NCBI RefSeq assembly: GCF_000012545.1
Contig: NC_007681.1
Location: 30,001-62,000, forward strand
DNA: 32,000 bases
Direction: 5' to 3'
Source: Methanosphaera stadtmanae DSM 3091
Lineage (GTDB): Archaea > Methanobacteriota > Methanobacteria > Methanobacteriales > Methanobacteriaceae
Of this stretch, positions 19,080-27,000 are shown piece after piece. The notes beneath the pieces are model-generated. The model ran no database searches. It was given only the letters and a program-made list of their open reading frames with translations, and was not told the origin of the DNA. Position numbers and translations under genes: made by a program. Each line of letters opens with the position of its first letter. The stretch's first letter is position 1.

Positions 19080-20043
19080 AATGACAAAACCATTAGTATC
19101 AATAATATTATTAAATTGGAATGGGTATGATGATACATTAGAAGCATTAGAATCATTATATCAAATAAACTATCCTAACTATAATGTGATTGTTGTTGAT
19201 AATCATTCAACAAATGAATCTATAGAAAAAATAACTGAATATGCAAAGGGAAATATTAGAATTGAAACTGAATTTACAAAATATCAAAATAATAAACCCA
19301 TTCAATTAACACATATAATGGAAGATAATTTGAATAAACAAGTAGATAACACTTCAACAATAGAAAAAAAGAAATTATTACTTATAGAAAATTATGAAAA
19401 TTATGGTTTTGCAAGGGGAAACAACATAGCCATTGATTATACCTTAAAACATGATAATCCAGAGTATGTATTATTATTAAATAATGATACTATTGTAGAT
19501 GCTAACTTTTTAGATAATATGGTTGATGTAGCATTAAATGATGATAAAATAGGTATTATAGGTCCAAAATTTTATTATTATGATTATGAAGGAGTGCATG
19601 ATAAAATATGGTGTATTGGAAGTGTTGTGGATTTAGATGAATATCCTGGACATCATAGTATAATGGATGAGGAAAACTATGATATTTCAGGTAATGTTGT
19701 TGAATGTGACTGGGTTTCAGGTGCAGGATTACTTATTAAAAGTTCGTTAATTCCAGAGAATTATCTTGATACTAGCTTCTTTTTTGGTTGTGAAGATGTT
19801 GATTTAGCAGTCACTGTTAAAAATAAGGGTTATAAGGTAGTGACTGTAATGAATTCTATCGTATGGCATAAGGTTGGAATGTCAAGACATAAGCATTCTA
19901 CATTTCATACAGAATATAATCATATTAAAACAAACTTGCAGTTTATTAAAAAGCATAAAAAACATTATTATCTTCATTTACCAGTCTATGGTTATCAAAT
20001 CTTTAAATTGTATATGAAAGCTATTGTTAATAGATTTTCTTAA
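19072..20043 (+). CDS. Glycosyltransferase family 2 (rhamnosyltransferase-like GT-A)
   Basis: VSIILLNWNG, VVDNHSTNES, ENYGFARGNN and LLLNNDTIV motifs. The ATG overlaps the upstream GT4 stop (ATGATTAA, 8-nt overlap), which suggests translational coupling. ATG 19081 is an alternative start. Confidence 0.85.
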   Translation: MIKMTKPLVSIILLNWNGYDDTLEALESLYQINYPNYNVIVVDNHSTNESIEKITEYAKGNIRIETEFTKYQNNKPIQLTHIMEDNLNKQVDNTSTIEKKKLLLIENYENYGFARGNNIAIDYTLKHDNPEYVLLLNNDTIVDANFLDNMVDVALNDDKIGIIGPKFYYYDYEGVHDKIWCIGSVVDLDEYPGHHSIMDEENYDISGNVVECDWVSGAGLLIKSSLIPENYLDTSFFFGCEDVDLAVTVKNKGYKVVTVMNSIVWHKVGMSRHKHSTFHTEYNHIKTNLQFIKKHKKHYYLHLPVYGYQIFKLYMKAIVNRFS

Positions 20044-20164
20044 TTTAAATTCCTAATTTAAAAGAGAATAATTATTACTTTTTCATATTTTTTTATTAAA
20101 AAAGCTATAGTTTTAAATAATAACACCAAGTAATATAACATAAACCTACTTTTAATAAGTAAGG

Positions 20165-20185
20165 TTTTTAGAAGAATTAATTTAT
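20165..20185 (+). promoter_or_regulatory. Shared upstream motif TTTTTAGAAGAATTAAT, copy 2, upstream of the Ig-repeat adhesin gene
   Basis: See 17797-17817. The core AGAATTAAT (20173-20181) lies 56 nt upstream of the proposed start. The same 9-mer occurs at 29832-29840, 55-63 nt upstream of the minus-strand adhesin start but in inverted orientation. AGAATTCAT occurs 48 nt upstream of 15195. Confidence 0.3.
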
Positions 20186-20228
20186 TATAATAGAATTTTA
20201 TTAAATAATTTAATTAGGAGTTGTTAAA

Positions 20229-22901
20229 ATTAAAAAACTATTTATCATAGTCTTAATGTCTATGATATTATTAGGTATATCAGCAGTATCTGCAGAAAAT
20301 ACTACACACAGTATAACTGATACTCCAACAGTATCAACCAGTACTGCAGATATGTCTAAAACAGTTTCCACTAAAACTGTAGCAGAAAATACAGAAGTTA
20401 GTGAAAATACATATACAATTCATGCAAAAACAAATGAAGTTACACACTCAACCACACAAAAAGAGGTCACACAAAAATCCATAAAAACAGCACAAGACTT
20501 ATCAAGTACAAATAAATCATTAAAAGGTACTATACCAACAAGAATGTCAGTAACTAATAAAATAACAACATATAATACAAAAGTACAATTAACAGCAACA
20601 GTAGTTAACAATAAAACAAATGAATATGTAACAGAAGGTAATGTAACCTTTAAAATCAATAATTCACCAATTGCAACATCAAAAATAACTAATGGAAAAG
20701 CACATTGTACATATAATCCAATTAATTTAACACCAAAAAAATACACAATTACAGCAATATATTCTGGAACCCATGTATTTAAAAATTCATCAGCAACAGG
20801 AACATTAACAGTAACTAAGAAAAACAGTAACATGGTATTATCTGACAAGGTAATATCATATGGAAATAAAGTTCAGCTAGTAGCTACAATCACTGATAAA
20901 AATACTAAATCCTATGTTTCTAATGGTAAGGTTGCTTTCAAAGTTAATGATAAAACTGTTGGTTATGGTAGTGTTTCTAATGGTAAGGCTTATTATACTT
21001 ATGATTCTAGTAAGTTATCTGCTAAATCCTACAAATTATCTGCAGTATTTGGAGAAACTTCCCAGTATCTATCATCAAAAGATAATGCTTTATTAACTGT
21101 AAATAAAAGAAATTCTACGATAGTTGTATCAGATAAAGTAATATCATATGGAAATAAAGTTCAGCTAGTAGCTACAATCACTGATAAAAATACTAAATCC
21201 TATGTTTCTAATGGTAAGGTTGCTTTCAAAGTTAATGATAAAACTGTTGGTTATGGTAGTGTTTCTAGTGGTAAGGCTTATTATACTTATGATTCTAGTA
21301 AGTTATCTGCTAAATCCTACAAATTATCTGCAGTATTTGGAGAAACTTCCCAGTATCTATCATCAAAAGATAATGCTCTACTAACTGTAAATAAAAGAAA
21401 TTCTACAATAGTTGTATCAGATAAAGTAATATCATATGGAAATAAGGTTCAGCTAGTAGCTACAATCACTGATAAAAATACTAAATCCTATGTTTCTAAT
21501 GGTAAGGTTGCTTTCAAAGTTAATGATAAAACTGTTGGTTATGGTAGTGTTTCTAATGGTAAGGCTTATTATACTTATGATTCTAGTAAGTTATCTGCTA
21601 AATCCTACAAATTATCTGCAGTATTTGGAGAAACTTCCCAGTATCTATCATCAAAAGATAATGCTTTATTAACTATAAATAAACTAAACTCTACAATTTC
21701 ATTAGCTGATAAATCAGTTCTCGCTGGAAATAAGATTCAATTAGTAGCAACAATTACTAATAAAAATAACAACGCATACATTTCTAATGGTAAGGTTGCT
21801 TTCAAAGTTAATGGAAAAACTATTGGTTATGGTAGTGTTTCTAGTGGTAAAGCATACTATACATATAATACCGCGGAATTAGATACAGGAAAATATAAGT
21901 TAACAGCAACATATGGTGGAAATAACATATATTCATCATCAATAGCTACAACAAAAACATTAACAGTACTTAAAAATACTTTCACATATACTCAAATAAG
22001 AAATGCAGCAATATCTGTGAGAAATCAATTTGAATCTAATAAAATAGTAAGTACAGTAACAGTAGGATCAACAACAATGGGTCTACAAGATTTCTTACCT
22101 TTAATGATACATATGGCTAAAAATGTATATCAGGGAAAATCATCAACACCTGTTGAATACAAACATTATGCACCAATATCTAAACAAACAGATTCAATGA
22201 AATCAGTAGTATTATCAGACTCTCAGGTATTAAATATTGGAAATCAAGTACTAAACTACTATCAAAGTAATTCAAAAGCACCAGAATATATAACAACATC
22301 ATGGGGAAAATTTGGTTACTATAACATAGTATATACATATACTAAGATGATTGATGTATCAACTTCAAAATATCTTCCATCATCATGTAAAATATATAAT
22401 TGGAATACAATACATCCAACAAATGTTAAATCAAGATTAGTAGTAATATCAACAGATAACATATTTACCACATCAAAAGATAAGGCATTTGTAAATAGTA
22501 TTAAAAAAATTCTTGAAAGTAAAGGATTTACAGTAAAACTATTAGGAGTAGGACCAAATACACATAATGCAGCAATATGGGAAAAATCATTACCAGACAA
22601 TGCAATACAATTATCAGTATTTGGTGGAGCAGATGCTGGAGTAATATATGATGTATGTACAAGAAGTTTCATGCGAGCAAAAGCAAATAGATTAGTATTC
22701 TTTGCATATCATTCAGCTACAGCTAAAGATATAACAGGACTTGACTGGTTAGAACGTGCACATGATGATAACTACAGTCCAAGTAGCTTTAAAGGAATAG
22801 CTCATCCTGATACATATCTTAAATCACATGGTTATGATTATGTATATACAAGTAATGTAAATACAATAGTAGATGCATTATTAAAATATGTAAGTGGTTA
22901 A
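20229..22901 (+). CDS. Secreted adhesin-like protein: signal peptide, Thr-rich linker, five tandem Ig-like domains, two putative pseudomurein-binding repeats, uncharacterised C-terminal domain
   Basis: Five domains of about 96 aa share the pattern ..NKVQL.ATI..KNT..YV.NGKV.FKVN.KT.G...V.NGKAYYTY......K.YKL.A..G. The C-terminal segments FTYTQIRNAAISVRNQFESNK....VTVGSTTMGLQDFLPLM and SQVLNIGNQVLNYYQSNSKAPEYIT resemble PMBR repeats of Pei endoisopeptidases. The start is proposed at ATT 20229 (AGGAG + 8 nt), giving the signal peptide (M)KKLFIIVLMSMILLGISAVSA|EN. The track start is ATG 20256. Confidence 0.8.
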   Translation: MKKLFIIVLMSMILLGISAVSAENTTHSITDTPTVSTSTADMSKTVSTKTVAENTEVSENTYTIHAKTNEVTHSTTQKEVTQKSIKTAQDLSSTNKSLKGTIPTRMSVTNKITTYNTKVQLTATVVNNKTNEYVTEGNVTFKINNSPIATSKITNGKAHCTYNPINLTPKKYTITAIYSGTHVFKNSSATGTLTVTKKNSNMVLSDKVISYGNKVQLVATITDKNTKSYVSNGKVAFKVNDKTVGYGSVSNGKAYYTYDSSKLSAKSYKLSAVFGETSQYLSSKDNALLTVNKRNSTIVVSDKVISYGNKVQLVATITDKNTKSYVSNGKVAFKVNDKTVGYGSVSSGKAYYTYDSSKLSAKSYKLSAVFGETSQYLSSKDNALLTVNKRNSTIVVSDKVISYGNKVQLVATITDKNTKSYVSNGKVAFKVNDKTVGYGSVSNGKAYYTYDSSKLSAKSYKLSAVFGETSQYLSSKDNALLTINKLNSTISLADKSVLAGNKIQLVATITNKNNNAYISNGKVAFKVNGKTIGYGSVSSGKAYYTYNTAELDTGKYKLTATYGGNNIYSSSIATTKTLTVLKNTFTYTQIRNAAISVRNQFESNKIVSTVTVGSTTMGLQDFLPLMIHMAKNVYQGKSSTPVEYKHYAPISKQTDSMKSVVLSDSQVLNIGNQVLNYYQSNSKAPEYITTSWGKFGYYNIVYTYTKMIDVSTSKYLPSSCKIYNWNTIHPTNVKSRLVVISTDNIFTTSKDKAFVNSIKKILESKGFTVKLLGVGPNTHNAAIWEKSLPDNAIQLSVFGGADAGVIYDVCTRSFMRAKANRLVFFAYHSATAKDITGLDWLERAHDDNYSPSSFKGIAHPDTYLKSHGYDYVYTSNVNTIVDALLKYVSG
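20841..21704 (+). repeat. Three near-identical in-frame tandem repeats of 288 bp (96 codons), each encoding one Ig-like domain
   Basis: Period of exactly 288 nt: GTAATATCATATGG occurs at 20849, 21137 and 21425. I found only a handful of substitutions between copies, for example AAT/AGT giving N/S in SVS[N/S]GKAYY, plus a few silent changes. More diverged copies flank the block at about 20530-20840 and 21705-21990. Confidence 0.95.
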
Positions 22902-22921
22902 ATAATCCACTTATAATTTCC

Positions 22922-22928
22922 TTTTTTT
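22922..22928 (+). terminator. Oligo-T tract (T7) downstream of the Ig-repeat adhesin gene
   Basis: T7 lies 20 nt after the stop codon in a convergent intergenic region. Confidence 0.35.
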
Positions 22929-22975
22929 AAAATCAGTATTAAGTCATAATATCTATTTTTAATATATTATTTTCT

Positions 22976-22983
22976 AAAAAAAA
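22976..22983 (-). terminator. Oligo-T tract (T8 on the minus strand) downstream of the SDR gene
   Basis: A8 on the plus strand, 12 nt beyond the SDR stop codon. It forms a convergent terminator pair with 22922-22928. Confidence 0.35.
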
Positions 22984-22994
22984 GTATGGGATGA

Positions 22995-23756
22995 TCATGA
23001 TAACCATCCACCATCAGCTTTAATTACATCTCCATTAACAAATGATGAATCATCAGATGCTAAAAATAATGCAATTTGAGCAATTTCTTTTGATTGACCT
23101 AACTTTGGAGATAATTTTACAAATGGATCTATGGTTTCATATGTTTCCATATCCATTCGTCCAGGATTTATTGTTGTTGCTATTTCTGTATTAACAGTTC
23201 CTGGTGCTATTACATTAGAACGTATATTATGTTTTCCATATACCCATGCTGTATGTTTAGCAAGTCCTATAACTCCATGTTTTGAAGCAGTGTATGCTGC
23301 TCCACTAATTTTTCCTATTAATCCACCAACTGATGATATTGTAATTATATTGCCTCCATTATTCTTAATCATTTCAGGGATAACTGCTCTTATTAATCGC
23401 ATTGGGCCAGTTAAATTTACATCAATTGTTTTATCCCATAGATCATCATCTATATGTTTTACAGATACAAAATCATCCATTATTCCAGCATTGTTAACTA
23501 TTATATCTATTTTACCATATTTGTCTAATGCGAGTTTTACAACGTTGTCTATATCTTCTTGTTTTGTTACATCTCCAATACATGCTGAAGCATCACCGCC
23601 ATTGGAATTTATTTCGTTTGTAATTTGTTCTAATCTTTCTTTACGTCTTGCAATGAGTATGGTGGAAGCTCCTTCTTCTGCAAATAAATATGCTATTGAT
23701 TTACCTATTCCTGCTGTTGCTCCAGTTATTATTGCTACTTTTCCTTTAAGCTTCAT
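22995..23756 (-). CDS. Short-chain dehydrogenase/reductase (classical SDR)
   Basis: TGATAGIGKS cofactor motif, NNAG, and catalytic Ser plus YTASK. ATG 23756 is preceded by AGGTG at 6-nt spacing. The track's GTG 23765 lies inside that SD. Confidence 0.88.
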   Translation of the reverse strand: MKLKGKVAIITGATAGIGKSIAYLFAEEGASTILIARRKERLEQITNEINSNGGDASACIGDVTKQEDIDNVVKLALDKYGKIDIIVNNAGIMDDFVSVKHIDDDLWDKTIDVNLTGPMRLIRAVIPEMIKNNGGNIITISSVGGLIGKISGAAYTASKHGVIGLAKHTAWVYGKHNIRSNVIAPGTVNTEIATTINPGRMDMETYETIDPFVKLSPKLGQSKEIAQIALFLASDDSSFVNGDVIKADGGWLS

Positions 23757-24047
23757 TTTTAACACCTAAAAAATAGTATTTTCGTTTATATTAATCTTTA
23801 ATATTTAAATTGTAACTAAACAAATTTTAGTTATGTTTATATTCATGTTTCATATTATTTAAATGTATATTAAAAATCATTATAAATTATGATAATTAGT
23901 TATGAATTTTTTCTTGAAAAATATCCTTTTATAAAAATCAAGATTATGTATATTGATTTATTTAAGAAATAGAATGTATTTTTTTTTATTTTATTTTGAA
24001 TATAGTGTGTATACTCAATTAAAAGGGGGTTAAGAAGTAAAATCTCT

Positions 24048-27000
24048 TCAAATCTTTGTTTTTGGTATAGATTCTACTTTTAATGGTACTTGTATTGTTG
24101 ATTCTTTGTATTTGTTGTTTTCTCCTGCTATTACTGTTAGTGTGTATGTTGCTTTTTTTGTTGGTATGGTTATGTTTATGTTTACTTGTCCATCTTTTGC
24201 TACTGTGTTGTTTAGGGTTTTTCCATTGAGTTTTACTACTACTTTTGTATTTCCTGTTACTAATTGGTTTTTATCATCATATATTTGCACTGCTACTGTT
24301 GCTGTTTTATTTGTTATTTGTGTAGCTGTTGATTGTATGTGTGTTGTTATTTTTGATGCTTTTGGTATTGTGTATGTTATTGTTTGTGTTGATGATTCAT
24401 ATCCATTGTTTTCTCCTGCTATTATTTCTATTGAGTAAGTCTCATCTTTTGTTTGGGGTAGTGTTAAATTGATGTTTCCTGTTCCTGTTATATTTAATTG
24501 GTTTATAACTGTTTTTCCATTTATTTTCACTGTTACTTTTGTATTACGGTTTACTAGGTTGTTCGTTTCATCATAAATATTTAATTTAACATTTGCTATA
24601 TTTCCTATAACATCTGTTATTTTAGCATCTATATGTGTGTTTGTTTTTAATACTTCTAGTGAAGTATTTGCATATGTTTTTACATAGTCACGTCCAACAA
24701 ATAATGTTGTTGCTGTGTAGTTTTTAGCACTGAATCCTTGTGGTATTTCATAATCAAGATATGCAATTCCATTTGTTATATCTAACAGGAGGATATTTCC
24801 ATTAGTATCTTTTAGGGTTTTACCATTGAGTTTTAGTATTACATGTCCATCAGTTACTAGTTTATTACCATCTCTTACTTGAACTATGAATCTAACAACA
24901 TCTTTAGATTTTACTGTTGTTTTATCTGTCATTATTGTTACTGTTGGTGTTCTTTGCGTGATTGTAACTGTTTCATTACTACTTTCACCACTTGCATATA
25001 CATCATTTTCAAGGTATAATGCATTTATTGTTGAATTATTTTTCATCCAACTTCTAGGAGCAATAGTGTCAAGTATAGCTGTTCCATTTACAACAGGAAC
25101 TTCTATTGGATTTCCATCAGTATCACAAATAGTCACTCCATTAATATTGAATATAACTTTTCCAGTGTTTATGTTATTTCCATTTACATCTTTAACATGT
25201 GCTGTTAAATTTATTGAATCATTATAAACTCCATTTACTGGATCTACTGTTATATTCACGGAATTTTTAACTATATTTATGTTTTTAGTAGTGGAACTTT
25301 CCATATATTTTTCATTTCCAGAATATGTTATTGATATTTTAAATTTCTCTACAGTTGGGTTGATTGTAATTACCACAGGATTTTTTGTTAGATTGTATTG
25401 TGTTATGTTATTATCTATTGTTACTGTTATAATTCCACTTGGTATAATGTTGTTAAAACTATCTACAACATTAATTGTTATGTTATCTGTTTTGTTAGCA
25501 TTTACTGAATCTTTATCTAAATTAACATATGATTTATAGTTATCTGTTGTTGGAGTGTTATTTTCAATTAATCCAGTGATATTTATTGCTAAAATAGCTT
25601 CATTTCCACTTAAATTAAATGATTCTAAATAATTTCCAGTTATATTAACATCAGAATTTTGAACTGATATTATAGGAATATTTCTTGTATTTACTACTAT
25701 GTTATTATTTTTTAAATTCATTTGACTATTTTTTAGTTGTATGAGGGGGGTGGTAGTATTTGCTGTAATATTATATGAGAGCCTACTAAATTCTCCAACA
25801 GTATTTTCAGCATCAAGTAATATAATATTTTCTCCAGTGATATTTCCAGTTTTATGTGAAAAACTAATCTCTGAGTTATTAGATTTTATAATAGTTGTAT
25901 TTTTACTATCAAGATTTAATTTATTCCACTTTAAATTTCCAAGACCTTTCATAAATGCATCTGGATTGTTAGCATTGTTTATATCTACAATAATTACTGT
26001 AGGTGCTTTTACTGTTAAGTCTATTGAAGAAAATTGAACATAACTTGTAATATTGTTTATGTAGAATATTTTTGAAGTGTTATTGGAAATTACATTAAAT
26101 GTATCTCTATCCATACTTAAACGGTCAGAATTTTCCATTTTTATACCATAAGCAGTTTTATTAGCATAAACTTCTATATTATTGTTATAACTTGATTTAT
26201 ACATTCCTTCTAATCCTGTAACATCATTATATCCTTTTACTACTACATTATTAGATCCAATTTTTATATCAAAGGAATTTATAGTTAATTTATTATACAT
26301 TCCACTTATTTTTCCATTGTTATCATATTTAGTTGTAATTGTTGTTATGTTGTTAGTATTAAAATCATAATTTAGTCCATTAGATGAAATAACTTTAATT
26401 GAAGTGGTACTTGGACTGTTATCTTTTGTTTTTATTTCAGGACCTAATGTTGTTATGTTGTTTTTACTAAGAGTTTGTGAAACACGGCCAGTGTTATTTA
26501 TTACAATACTATGAGCTTCTTTTTCATGATTTTCATGATAGATTATTCCATTTTGTAGGGTAGTTCTATTTCCTTTAATATTTACTAAAGTTTCCCTTTC
26601 ATCAGTACTGTTTAATATTATACCATCAATCACAGTTAGTGTTGAATTTTCACCTATTGTTATTGTTCCATTGTATATTGTGTATTTATTTGGATTTACA
26701 AATTGTACTGGTATGTTGAATACTAAATCTTTATTATAAAGATTTGATGCTAAGTTTATAATTGTAGTTTCATTAGAAGTAAGTACTGAGTTTTTAAAGT
26801 ACTGATTGTAATTATCGTTTGTAAGTAATATTATAAGGGGAGTATTATCTTTAATTATATTGTTGGAACTATCTATTAATCTTACACTACTGTCTCCACC
26901 ATATGTATTATTATAGTTAAGATAATTTTTAGTTACGTTAGTGTTGTTGGAATTAATAATTGTTACAGTGTTAGTTTCGGTTGTATTAATATTAGAATTA

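Noticed and set aside
20914-21672. Three identical 60-aa ORFs (20914, 21202, 21490) in an alternative frame
   Set aside because: They are simply the +1-frame reading of the 288-bp tandem repeat inside the adhesin gene. Their identity reflects the DNA repeat, not a gene family.
20841-21704. Regularly spaced repeats that could be mistaken for a CRISPR array
   Set aside because: The 288-bp units are contiguous with no unique spacers. They are in frame within a long ORF and encode a recognisable Ig-like domain. No cas genes are present.
23131-23769. 212-aa plus-strand ORF covering almost the whole SDR gene
   Set aside because: It is an antisense shadow ORF. The minus-strand frame carries unmistakable SDR motifs (TGxxxGIG, NNAG, YxxxK). 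The plus-strand product is low-complexity, Ile/Ser/Pro-rich, with no SD or motif.
25745-25750. G6 (C6 on the coding strand) run inside the giant adhesin coding sequence as a possible frameshift switch
   Set aside because: Six nucleotides is short for efficient slippage, and the run simply encodes Thr-Pro-Leu (ACC CCC CTC). It is much weaker than the intergenic G10.
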